Made by a program: the position numbers and the translations under genes. The notes beneath the pieces were generated by a model. The model saw only the letters and a list, made by a program, of their open reading frames with translations, ran no database searches and had not been told where the DNA came from. From positions 7,492,448 through 7,556,294 of the forward strand of contig BDGG01000002.1 of the NCBI GenBank assembly GCA_001949185.1: 63,847 nucleotides of DNA. The letters run 5' to 3'. Origin of the DNA: Ramazzottius varieornatus (lineage: Eukaryota; Animalia; Tardigrada). Positions 11,257-23,600 of this stretch are shown here, piece by piece. Each line of letters opens with the position of its first letter. Positions within the stretch are counted from its first letter, which is position 1.

Positions 11257-13480
11257 TCAAGAGGTGAGAGCGCTAGAACGTCCACGACGAGGAGGAGAAA
11301 TTACAGGCATCTGTTGCTGCTGGAAGAGGACAATGGAAAGAGTTTCTTTGGTATCATTAATGTATAGTTGAACAGTAAGAAAGACGTTAGAGTTAGAAAT
11401 GGCGTTAATGGCCAATTTCTGCAGTTCCGTCTGCAAAACGTCGGTGGATCCTCGAATAGCTCCGCGCGTATTGTGGGCAGCGGTCGTCGTCGAAGTTAAG
11501 GGTTCCGGTGTGAGTTCGAGCGCCATTCTCCCCACTAAGCCACCTATTTCTGCAAGAAAACAACGACAGTCAACATCGTAAACAGATTTTGAGGTCCGGC
11601 GAACCAACTGTAAGACAGTCATCTCAAGCGGCGCACGCTTGCAGCCAATGACACGGGACACATGCGCCACTTGAAACTACGAACTTGAACGTTGCATCTG
11701 CCGGGCACCCGTTTAGGAAGATCGAGGACAAGCGCGAATTTACCGGCAATGATTTCCGGTGAGCAAATATAGTTGAAGAACTGCTTGAAGACAAACTTCT
11801 GCCGCATCAAAAGCGCAGCGATGACAGCCCGAAGAAGATCCGTGCATTTCTCGATGACTGGCTGCATGAAGACCAGCAAGCTACTCAGGAACTCATCCGA
11901 AGATCGCTCTACGGGCTGCATAGCCATGTGCCCCACGATGACCGCGCAAAAGAACTTCATGATCTCCGAGTCGTCACATATGTACCTCAAGCTTTCTCTG
12001 GCCGTAAAATCTATCACATTTCTTGCGGGGTGGTTATCTCGCAGCCGAAGTTTCGACGCCAAAGGCACGATCTGTCCGCCAAACGTCTCTGCAGTTAGTT
12101 TCTCTGTAGACAAGCTCAATGCGACATTCCTGGCAAGCATCTGGACTACCAACCAGGAAGGGCAGGCTTCCGGTACAGGATCTGGAGCTGCATCGCGAAG
12201 ACCGAAGGACGTCCGGCAGTCCAGATGAAAGGACATATAGGTGGGTGTAACAGGTAAGAAGGCCAATTCTACCATAGTTTTCTCCTTCAAGGATTCATTC
12301 TGTTCTTCCAGCGCAACCCAAACAAGCTTGGCCAGTAAAAAGACCTCCCGCAACCTTTCTAGCTTTTTGCACCGGCTTAGGTCGCTGTCTCCAGTAGAAG
12401 ACCCTGACGTTGAGCACACAGCTGGAACGTCCAGCAGGAACGGCTTTCGTTCCGGTAGACCGCACTCGACTTTGAGCTGGTCGTAAAAGTGTATAAGGAA
12501 ACTTATGAACACGAATTTCAACCAGAAAGAAACGGAGGGTGGTAGATGATCCTGGTTGTGAAGGATACTATCCCACTGGATTATCTGTTTCCACCACACT
12601 TTCAAAGCAGGAACGGACGTTTTCCACACGGACCAGAACTGGGGTGGCTTTGGGATTTTGAGGTTCTCGCAGGCGGAAGTGAAGATCTTTGTGAGAGTCT
12701 GGAACAACCTAACCCAAGCGTTATCAGCCGGAATCAGAACATGGCTTCGTTGGACAGATTCCGACTCGTACACGGCAGCAACATAGAACCTAACAACCTC
12801 GGGTACCAGCGAGATGGAGAACTCGATCGATGACGGTGAGAGAGTTCTTTGAGCGAGGACGACCGGAAGGAACTTCATCAGCGCCGTCTGCCTGTATGCG
12901 CTACAGTAACTCGAAGACTTCAACTTCGCTTGGGCCAGAAGCGAAAGGCAGGTTTCCCGAATCTGGTGGAGGACTATTTCGTCCGAAGAAGCGGCTGGCA
13001 AGATTCGAAGAAAACTGGAACAAAATAAGAATAATTATTAATAGCATAACAACGAAATTTTGTGGTACTCATTTCGATATAGAGTCCTTACCTGAATAAG
13101 ATTGCAGAGCATTTCTCGATCTGCCGCGTCTCGCGACATTGAGCAATGAGTGTTATGACGAGATCTTGCAGGTCTTTGTCGGAGAGATTTGCGACGATGT
13201 GGAGATATAGTGGATCGACTTTCGGACTATCTAGCAGAGCCTCGATGTAGTGGGTCAATTCATCCTGCACGTAAGGGCTGCTCCTGGATGTTCCGTGACG
13301 GCTATTTACCACCTCAGCCAGAAGAATTGCCGTCTGCGTTGCCCTGGATAGACCCTGACGGAGAGAAGCGAAATACTTTCCCAAGGGATCTTCTGGATTG
13401 ATGTTGCCAGTGTCCATCATCTCCGGTGGCGCAGTGCTCCACGGCACAACCCTGTCTTCTTCTTTGATGTCCACGTCCAT
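11257..13480 (-). CDS. INTS10: Integrator complex subunit 10 (divergent); at least 3 coding exons
   Basis: Recalled similarity to INTS10: DNAWVRLFQTL, F.FKQFFNYICSPEIIA|E, LELTP, TRGAIRG...; intron 11550-11743 joins ORFs 11619 and 11257. Confidence 0.7.
11596..11706. repeat. Intronic palindromic element, copy 3 (core 11626-11672)
   Basis: AAGCGGCGCAC-25 nt-ATGCGCCACTT, outer ccggcgaac / catctgccgg; in INTS10 intron 11550-11743. Confidence 0.75.
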
Positions 13481-13837
13481 CGTAACGACAGCCGACGATC
13501 GGCTCCTGTGTCCTGTTTTAACCTGCAAAGACACGGCAAAACGAGAAATGTCAGCAACCAAAGTCCAAGGTTAAATTTGGAACAGACTCATTAGACACCT
13601 TGCGTTTTGCGCAGAAGAATTTAACAAACGCTCACTAAGGATTTTTGAAAATCCTAGTTCAAAAATCCCGTCGCTGAAGCCTTTCAGAGGTTGCGGAATG
13701 CGGGGCCAAATGACCGACAAACGCGCAGTAAAGTTAATATAAGAATTTAAGATTTAGCACACAACAAAGAAACTCGTGCCGTTATTCTGTTTTTGTTGCT
13801 CGTTTCGTATTCTAGAACTTGCTTTGTGTTTTTCGAT

Positions 13838-15003
13838 ATGGATAAGAAGTTACTTGTGATCATGTGTGAGGAAGGGGACATCGACGAGGAAAAGCTGGTT
13901 ATTCTGGGACGTTTGACAGACCAAGCCAAGATGCGACCGGGAGATTTCGACCTCTACAAGCTGTCTCGCCAAGACTGCCTGGAAGACTTCCGATTTTCCA
14001 GCCATCAACTTGAGATACTAAAGGAAGCTCTTGAGTTTCCGGATATTATGTATACCGACGCTCAGAATGTCATTCCGGGAATGGAAGCCCTGTGTATTCT
14101 GCTGAGGCGACTTGCTTACCCTAACCGTCTTTGTGATTTGGAGAAATTGTTCGGAAGAAACCGCAGCGTTTTATCTCGCTGCTTCAACCAGAGCCTAAAA
14201 CACGTCCATGATAAATTCTGTTGGCGTCTAAGTACTCCCGTACAGCCTTGGATAAGCTCAAATACATTGAGTTTGTGGGCCGAGACGGTCTCGCAGAAGG
14301 GTTCTCCGTACGACAGATGTACGGGGTTTGTAGACGGTACCAAAACTGAGATCTGTCGGTAAGCTACGAACAGCCTCTATTCTTGCTTTGAGATCCTATG
14401 TGAACCGTAACTATGTTTAAGATCTTCACCTTGACTCACAGGCCTCTGGACTATGCGACGCAGAATATTTGCTACACCGGGCATAAGAAAGAACATGATT
14501 TGAAGTATACCGGAGTGATGACACTTTGCGGCATCATGTACCTGATGTGCGGTCCTGAACCAGGAAGCTTCCATGACGCCAAACTACTCTACAGAAGTGA
14601 AATTCTTAATATGATGAAAGAGAGCAGGACTTGGCCACCCACTCCGGAAACCGGATACTACCTGTACGGCGACCAGGCCTACAAATCCACACCCCAAGTA
14701 GTCGATCCTGTAAGGTACAATGCTTCTCCGTTGGAAACTGCTTGCAATACGGCAATGAAGACGCTTCGGATTTCCGTTGAATGGGGTTTTGGGAAGATCG
14801 GAAACCCGTTTTTCTTTAATAAAGCCTTAGAAGCCTTAAAGCTGGGTCTCCAGCCTCTTGGAATGTACTTTCGAGTAGCCACTTTACTGACGAACTATCA
14901 CACTTGCCTGAATGGTTCACAAACATCCAACTCCTTTGCGGTAGAACCGCCGACACTCGCGGAGTACTTGGAGAACTATCTCGAAGATCACATCGATAAC
15001 TAG
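13838..15003 (+). CDS. Harbinger-type (HARBI1-like) DDE transposase, ~360 aa; exons 13838-14358, 14442-15003
   Basis: HTH region LLRRLAYPNRLCDLEKLFGR; catalytic GFVDGT, YTGHK, GSFHDA, LYGDQAY, RISVEWGFG; an 83-nt GT-AG intron restores one frame. Confidence 0.9.
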
Positions 15004-15035
15004 AAACAAGGTAAGGCTGTAAAAGAGGCATGAGA

Positions 15036-15993
15036 TCACTTCTTGCTCAACAATCCATCGCGCATCAAATCAAACTGTCTATCCCGCTCTTCTTTTTCCA
15101 GCTCGCTTTTCTCTCTTTCCTTCTCTAGTTCGAACCGTCGAGCCTTGTCCGCGTCCTCCATTCGCAGTTTTTCCCGATCGAATTCAAGGAACTCTCGTCG
15201 GATGCTTCGTTCCGCGGCATTATCGAGCATAGTTTCTCGATGCATTTCCATCTTCGTATCTAGCTCCTTAAGCTGCTGTATCTTCTTACCTTCCAGATAC
15301 TCATCGACTGGTTCTACTTTACGTTTTCTGAATGGTGCTGCTGGCGGATTAGGGCTAGATTTCTTTGGGACTAGCGAACTGGATTCGTTTCCACTGACCG
15401 TCTCTACATCTATAAACAGAATCAAAACGCTATTTACATGTGTAAGTTTGAAAGTCAATCAACGATAAGCCCAATCAACCAACACTCACCGTTACCCGCA
15501 TCAACCCGCGCCCTCATAGTTATCAGAGCATCCTTCTGAATAACTTGTGTCAGCTGCTTACTTTGCTCCTCTTTCTACTTCTCGGCATTCGCGTTGTTTG
15601 CTGTGAAGTTTTCACATTCGATCAGGCTGTTGAGAAGGGTATCAGCTTCGGTTAGGTCCAACGAGACGCTCCAGTAACTTTCTTGTCAGCCTCGGCGCGG
15701 CGTGCCTTCATCAGAATTCTGACTCTTTCCCTGTAACGGCGATCGTCAAAGATCTCCCCTTCGAACAGGGCTGTCACGTCCACCGCAATCAAACTCCAAT
15801 TGTCCTTCCGCTTGTTCACGGTATAACGGAAAGGATTCCCCTTGTTAGTCAAGCGCAATAGCTCCAAGTCCATTTGCAGCTGACGGTCGACTGCTCTCTT
15901 TGCTGCGGCTTCTTTCTCTGACTTCTCGGCCTCTTTCTCAGCAGCAAGTCTCTCTGGTGGTCTTCCCCGTTTCTTCTTCACTTCCGTCGCCAT
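15036..15993 (-). pseudogene. Transposon accessory DNA-binding protein (AT-hook, Myb/SANT-like, coiled coil), apparently frameshifted
   Basis: KKRGRPP; DLELLR..NPF....W..IA; E/K/R-rich C-terminus; frame breaks near 15670 and 15580; intron ~15410-15489. Confidence 0.7.
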
Positions 15994-16507
15994 CTTTGAT
16001 CTAAGTAAGAGAAACCAGCACGCGATACCAGGTTTAAGAACGGAGAAAAGTTATAATGATTCAGAGAAATCTCAATGGCATAGATACAGTGCAGTGTGCT
16101 CAGTAGTAATCTGCCCACCAAGTTAAAAAAGGGCTGGCCAAGAAGCATTTTGATTGCCTGATTGACCGGAGTGGTAGCCCCGCATTGCCCGGATACAGAT
16201 TACGCTCTTCAATGCTTTCTGCCAGCCAGAGTATTACTGAAGACAACTCGGGCAAGTTTCTAATCGACGGGTGATTTTCTTCACGAACGAAGCCCCCCTT
16301 CGTTTCGTGAATTGCGAAGCGAATTATTAATGTTGAATCTTCAAACATTTTTAAATGCAATCGTTTTGGCCAGACTGTCGTTTGTTCAAACCATCTATGC
16401 AAAACGCAAGGTGTCTATTGTCTGACTCAAGAAAATTCGAAAAAGATTTCCCTGTAACCGCATGGGTGGGCGTGGTCAGACTTTGTTTACTAGATTACTA
16501 ATTATTC

Positions 16508-16646
16508 TAAATATTCGCTATGTCCGCGCAGTACGTCCACGTACGTAACGATGCACCCCCGTAAGGGGTTTTGCAATTCGCGAAACTGGACCGGGGCTGT
16601 ACTTCACTTGTACGATGACATATGGGGTGGACGCAGCGAATATTTA
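16508..16646. repeat. Small inverted-repeat element (MITE-like, 139 bp)
   Basis: taaatattcgctatgtcc ... ggacgcagcgaatattta (16/18 complementary). Confidence 0.5.
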
Positions 16647-16850
16647 CAGTACTGTACTGGTTTCTGAACTCCCGACTTCCGACTTCCTGATTCTGAGATC
16701 CGAAATCCGAATCTTACATCGTCTTTCCGTTCCTCCGTCTACTAAGATTTCCCCTCGTTTCGGCCGTTAGTACACCTTACGAGTTCTCAGGATATTTCTA
16801 CGCATCAAGTGTTGTTCATCACTCGTCCGGTATATCGCAGGAATATCGAG

Positions 16851-17597
16851 ATGGGTTTATTAGGACGAGCGGGACCAAGTGTACTGCGAGCATGCAGTGG
16901 AACATCCATCTTTGAAGGTAAGTGATGGAATACTATTATCATATAGATACGTACCTCAAGCCCGTTGAGTATGTACAGTGTCCGAGCTGGCGATGGACCA
17001 GAAGGCGGACATCGTTGCAGGGTTCAAATGAACTTGGACTAACTGGATTTTTTCCGCTATATAGCATCAGCTCTCCTCCGCAGTCGGCCTCTTCATGTCA
17101 GCGCATCCCTGAAAGCAAAAGAATCCTCGCCCATCTTCAACGTTCAAGATGAAGACGATTTTCAGACGAGAGTCCTCGAAAGTTCCGTGCCGGTTATCGT
17201 CGATTTTCACGCTAAGTAAGCTGTCCCAAAAGTCTACTTCCGGTCCCGTTATCTCACTTCCGGTCAGTGCTAAAGCGTCTCGTAGGTGGTGTGGACCATG
17301 CAAAATCCTTATGCCTCGTTTGGAGACGATAGTGTCCTCGAAGAAAGGCGAGGTTGTAATGGCCAAAGTCGATATTGACGCACTGGACGGTTTAGCATCG
17401 CAGTATAAGGTACGTGGATACCATATCTAATTAGCTACTATGCTCGACTTCCCGTATACACTCTGCATGACTGTTTTTAGGTTCGTTCCATTCCGCACGT
17501 GCTAGCGATGAAGAACGGCAAGGTTGTTGATCAGTTTACTGGAGTTTTGGATGACGACAAAATTTCTGCGGTGGTGGACAAGCTATTGGACAATTAA
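16851..17597 (+). CDS. TXN2: Mitochondrial thioredoxin, 4 exons
   Basis: Basic presequence, FNVQDEDDFQTRVLESSVPVIVDFHAK|WCGPCKILMPRLE...AKVDID...|VRSIPHVLAMKNGKVVDQFTG. Confidence 0.92.
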
Positions 17598-17994
17598 TTC
17601 TTCGTATGATGTATGCAGGTGATCGCCATCGATCGGTCAGTTTACCGGTTTCCTACTTTAATATAATCCTTTAATACCTATTTCGACAAACCCTTGATAA
17701 ACTATAGATTAATAAGTTATATAGTAGACTTTGGAGCCCGCAAAAACTGTTGCTTTCTAGTCTGGGCTGATGGCGTTATAGTGCGGACGATCTACAGTAT
17801 GTCTTACATGAGTACTTCGCGTAGATTAGTATAGAGGCAAGAACCCTTGGCGGTAGTTTTTGTTACTGTGCTTCTGTTAGACGTAGTTACGCGATGACGG
17901 CCTCAATCCATCGGTATTTGCGCTTGGTGAGAGAGCTTTTAGACCGTAAGAAAGGCGTATCGTCGACCACACCAGATTCACCCCCACTTCCGTC

Positions 17995-19736
17995 ATGAGG
18001 TCTTTTATCATGTTCGTCGACTATATCGCTGTCGCACGTTTCTCACTCTGTATCTTTCAATGGTCTCTCGTCAATGCTGATGCCGATTTCACCGGACCAC
18101 CAAAACCGAACCATGGACCTCCGAACATTCCTTCCTGGTTCATCGTCCCACACAGGGTGGCCGGGTTCCCAATCTGTAAGTTTCGATTCAACTTTCGTAC
18201 TTTGAGCTTGTAAACATTACGGACTATTAGTATAAACTTCTTTTGGAGATATGCCACAACCACCGGTATTCGCCGCCGGAAGTTCCAGTGACTACGTGAA
18301 CAGTTGGGGCGATTATCGCTGGAACAACTTTTACGATCAGGTTTGTTGTTCCATCATTCTTGAACGTTTGTCCGCACAAAATGTCGTATCAATAAGTGAA
18401 TGCTGTGGTTCCACTTTAGTCGGTTATTGATGAGCCAGCGAACGACCCACTTTACGGAAGCTCTTCGGGCAGTCAAGACGACATTGGTTTCAATACTTCA
18501 CCGACAGACCCGCCGGATACGACCGACGCCGCCACGGATGCTCCAGCCGAAGAAGCGGCAACCGAAGCTGATGCCACTGAAGCACCAGCAGGAGGAGCCA
18601 CGGAAGCTCCTGCTGCCGAAGGAACGACCGCCGCTCGACCAGCAAGGGAGTTCCGCCACCCGCCGTCGACCAGCCTCGTTCCCTCCAGTCAAAGCAAGAA
18701 TGGCTCTTCGTTACCCTCCAGCCCCACAGAGCTTTTGCAAATGTTGTTCGACGCAATCGTTTCCACCACCACACAGAAACCAAAGGCTAGGGCAAAGCTG
18801 GCGGAAGTTAGCGTGAAGAACTCTAGCGGGCCTAAATTTAAAACTGAAGGCAAGTTCGCACGATCGCGTTTGTCGGCGCCCTTCTTACTTCAGATTACCA
18901 CACCAAAGCGCAGCAGAATAACGACACGGAAATCAGCCAACGCTTCCTCAACCAAACTTCCGCAGCTTTCTGTCTCGTTGCAGAATCTGTTTGGCACGAG
19001 TGTTGTCGGGAAGATCGCAAGTAGAAACACGGTAGATCGTCCAGTCCGAGAGTTCCCACAGACTGGCAGAAACGACACTATTAGTACTTTTCCGCAAACC
19101 GGAGAACGCGTTTTTGGGGAGAACGTTAGCGGACCAGGGAACTCAAGTAAGCCAGGGAAGGTCGTTTGGGACATCTTTCAAGTGGCTGTAGCACGAGTAC
19201 CATCGCCCGATGACGCAGGGTACATCATCTCGCCCGGAGTACCTGTCTTTCGATCCCTTCTACGTCCCAACCTCCCACAGCCAAACATCAGTCAAGGCGC
19301 GCCACAGTTTGGTGACGTCAGCCAGTCACACGACCGAGGAAATATCCTGCAGCTTTCTTTGAATAAATCTGAAAGCGTACCCAGTGGAGGTCCGCGTACG
19401 GCTGCTGCACTTCCGGTTCTACTTTCTCCTGTAATCAACTACCTTGCCAGACAGACGACACCACAATCTCGTCTAACTGACAGCACGGTGACACCCATGT
19501 TAGTGACACTATCGACGATGAGAGCTGGTGCGAATGCAGTGGTGGCTGTGGATCCGGAAATGCCCCTGGCAATGCGCCGACGTGGGCTGTGCTCGGTGAT
19601 CAACGGCGATAAAAGACGTTTAGGTATTTGTGTGAAGAATAGCACAGTTCAAGATGATTGTGATGGGATGGTTATTAAAGTGTCCAGCCATTGTTCTGAG
19701 GCCGGAAGTGTTTGCTGTTTCGAGGTGGACGCATAG
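17995..19736 (+). CDS. Probably secreted low-complexity protein with one C-terminal 6-Cys (masquerade/clip- or defensin-like) module
   Basis: Hydrophobic N-terminus; introns 18176-18248 and ~18341-18418; A/T/E-rich linker; terminal C..GICV..C..C..CC. Confidence 0.65.
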
Positions 19737-20662
19737 CGCGGGTTTCTCGAAGTCGCCACTCGATGTACGGTTTTTTGCCTGTTTGAAAGTAACGGTCGTA
19801 AAAGGCTCTTTCGTCTTATTCTCAGATACGTCTCCGCTTCTACTTTGTCGATAATTATGGTGGGTGGAACAGATGTAAGCGGTGCGGACGACATGGATCG
19901 TGTCAGCAATCGATATATTGGTATTATAGGACGTTAGGTTTCTTGTTACATTGTTATTATAGGGCGTTGATGCGCGGAATAAAAAGTGTTATATAGTCAC
20001 ATCGATATCAATAGTGTTTTCGACTTTCTCGATCGCGAACAATAGTATTGTAGTAAATTTTGCGAACAATAGTATCGTCATTGGTTTATCCACAAAACGA
20101 AAATTTCAACGAAAAAATGATAATCGAGATGGAAGCCGCTTGTGCGCCTGTCGATCAAGAAACTCTTTCGAATTACCAATAGCAAAACACTTCCAACAGT
20201 AGTACGAGTATTTTCATGCTGTTAACCATCCTCTTGTCTCTTCCAATATCTTTGCTAGACCGAAGGTGCTCTAGGGCAGAGCGAGCGTGTACGGACCTTT
20301 CCGAACAATGAAGATGACCAAGAACCAAAGAAAAACTCTCAAAGGGCAATCACCCACACCAGTCGATATGATAATACGTACATAGCGGTTATTTCATGAC
20401 AAGCATAGTCAATCTCAAGCTTAGAATGTGAAGAAAGTACTTGAGTGAAGAATTTGACCACAGTTAAACGCATTTGTCAGTTCTTCGACTCTTCAAAGTC
20501 GTTTGAAGTGATTCTCCAAATATGCATTTCCTGGTCTAATGTTTCGCAGTCTGCGGCCGTGTTCTGTTTGAGATTATTGTTATTTTGTGATGGAAAAGGA
20601 GGACTGAGTTAAATTACATCCGATGACGCAACAATGGTTAAGAGGAAAGTTTTGGTTAAGCG

Positions 20663-23600
20663 ATGAAGGATTATTGTGCGTCCGATGGATCCAGATTATC
20701 TTTTGATGTGCTTTACAACTTCATGATTTATTTGACATGGATTATGCCGGTCTATTCGCAGACTTCCGGGTTGCCACATATACGAGAAAAGCGTCAGTAC
20801 GGACTAAACGATGCACCTGCCATCTTTATCGGCGGACCGCAGAATCGTCAACTGGGCATCCAGAGCTTCTCTCCAAATTTCCAAGACTCTTTCTCTCCAC
20901 TGAACCGCCCTTCGCCGTCCTTTCAACCTTATGGACCTTCTGTCAGACCGGACTATTCCCCGCCAAATCTACAAGGCCCTTTCGGCTATCAGGCAAACAA
21001 CGAATATTACCGTAATTTTCAACTACCCCTCAGAACTTTTTCCTATGATCCCAATGGCTCCTGGATGCCTGGTCAAGAGCCTCCCACGCCCAGTCCGAGA
21101 CTTGAGCGACCATTTCCTCCACCGGAAAGTTACGGTCAGCCGGTTCAGTTGCAGGCACCTCCGTACGATCCATACAGCTCGTGGAACCTACAGCGAGACA
21201 CTCCTTCTTTAAGCGGAAGAAGTTACGGACCTCCTGGTCCGCAGCCTGGATATGGTTTCCCGCATAGACGACCGATCGACTTGACGATCCCATCCTATGC
21301 TTATGTGCCGAACAAGATCACCGGTGAAGGCATGCAATGTAAGTTATTCAACCTAGGAGCCTGATTTCATTGAAAGAATTCGTTCCAATAATCGCTTCCC
21401 TATGAATGATGTCATTGATATCCAAAGTTAATTTGAAATGTCAGAAAAATTCGGAGCAATTCGGTCCACGGGTAGAATTCTTGGTCTTAGGTATAGAGTG
21501 GCATCTTGTCTGCACGTAGGCGAAATGAATATGGATTTGTTTACAGATATTCCAAATCCACCAATTTTTGCCGCCCACGGGGTGGAATATTACGTCAGCA
21601 ACTGGACAGACCATATAAACAATAACCTGTACCAGTCGCTGAACGGGGAGCCCGTTATCAGCGGACCAGACGAATCATTTACCGACTCTCCCGATGAGGT
21701 TGTGACCGAAGCCTCCGCAGCGAAAGGAGGGAACAAGACTCACGCCGCTCCCGGACCAAAAAGAAACAGTATCTCAAGCAAAAGTTCAAAAGTCTGTACG
21801 TCGAGAGGAAGTTTCGGAGTCTGCGTCAACAACGGTCGTGTCGCGGAAGACTGTGTGGGGAAATCGATCGCCAAGTCCCTCATTTGCGGTCGAGATCAAA
21901 TATGCTGCTTGGAGCGGACTTCTCCAGATCGGAACAGTTCGAGCTCCACCTCCGGGAAGGATTTCTCGTTTAGACAAAGACCGGGCGACGGTAGAATCAA
22001 ATCGTGCGTGAGTACCGACCGGGGTGTGATCGAGATTGGTTTCTGCGTCGATAACGAGCTGACCGATATAACGTGCAAAGACAAATTTATTTCGCGATCA
22101 GGATGCGAAGGAGAGCAGTCTTGCTGCGCTGGTGAAGAAGCCGTAGAATCTACAACGACCCAAATTGGTACACCCTTCTCGAGAACTCCTTTTTCTGTCA
22201 TAAGTAAGTTTCTGGTTTCCCCTTTCAGAAGTTGGAGAAGCGGAAACTCCGACCTGCTCAAATCAAACTAAATTGTACTCACTTTTATACCGTAGGTTTG
22301 GCGCGACAGGGATTCTCAACGTGTCTTCCAAGCGGAACTACGGAAAATTTACAAATGGGCTTTTGCGTCAGCACAGCGCAGATCGGGCAATTCTGCGTGG
22401 ACCAGACGGTTTCCTTGTCTGACAACTGTGACTGGAAGGAAGTGTGCTGCGTCGACAATTCAAGATCGTTAGACGTTGATGCTCCTGATAACCTCAGTGA
22501 ACCTTCAGTATCAGAAGAAGAAGCGAGCGCTTCCCGACCTGTAGCCATCCGCAAAAGCCCCACTTCCGCCTTACGCTTACGAGGAAGACCCGACACCAGC
22601 GAGGTCTGCTTCGCTCCACAGTCCCACATCGTCGGTCTATGCATTGCTGATGACGAGATCTCCGAACGCTGTACCGGGAAGTCAGCATTCAAAACTGGTG
22701 CCTGTTTGTCGGACAAGTCTTGCTGTGTATTGGATAATAAGCCGAAAAGTGTGAGAAGGAAACCATTGAGAACTTTGAACAGGTTCCGCTCTATTCGTAG
22801 ACGCGTTCCCGTGCTGACCACAACACCGACCACCACCACCACTATCATTACCACCACGAGTTCGACACCCATTCCGGAAATAGTTCGTCCCTGCGTCTCG
22901 CAAGATGATCCGACAACCATCGGTTTCTGCGTGGATCAACTTCAGGTTCTCACGTTGTGCACAAGCCACCAAGTTTCTCCCAGCAGGAATTGCTTCTCAG
23001 AGCAGTTCTGCTGCACTACGTCTCAGCAGCAACAAACACAGATAGTAGAACCTACACCAACTCTAAGTCCGGTCCGGCAACAAGAAAGTCTTCCATCGTC
23101 TGCGGTCTCGTTCCGGAACGGATTCGCACAGTGCAGATCGGCAAGAGACTTTTCTCAGTTAGGCCTTTGTGTCGACGAAATGTTGGTCGGAAGATTCTGC
23201 CGCGATCAGTTCGTTTTGAAAAGCCCTGATTGCGCGGAGAGGCAGGCCTGCTGCGTGGATCCTCAAGGAGAGAGTGGCGGAGTTATCCTAAGGCCTGCTT
23301 TCCCGACCACGACCACCACCCCGACTACTACGACGGAGGACCAAAGTTTTGTTCCTGCTTCCAGCTTCAACGCAAGGCCGTGCTCAACTCCGAGACAGTT
23401 CTCTCAATATGGCTTCTGCGTGGACGACTCAAAGGTGTCTTTGTTCTGTACCAACCAGTACATTTCAAAGAGTTTTGATTGTGCCGAAACTCAGACTTGC
23501 TGTATTGATGGAAGTGGCGGTTTCGTCGACTATCAGCCTCGTTTGTTGTTGTTGAGGCGTCGTTTGTTGAGGACTACCACCACAACACCGCGCACGATCG

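Larger units (their letters stand above)
13593..16416. mobile_element. PHIS/PIF-Harbinger-type DNA transposon (Pangu-like), both ends intact, two convergent genes
   Basis: Perfect 18-bp TIR AGACACCTTGCGTTTTGC (13593-13610) / GCAAAACGCAAGGTGTCT (16399-16416); 3-bp TSD ATT at 13590-13592 and 16417-16419; DDE_Tnp_4-type transposase plus Myb-like partner gene. Confidence 0.92.

Noticed and set aside
19905-20210. Repeated CAATAG/ATCGAT motifs between the two Cys-repeat genes
   Set aside because: Possibly a degenerate repeat, but no definable termini or TSD.
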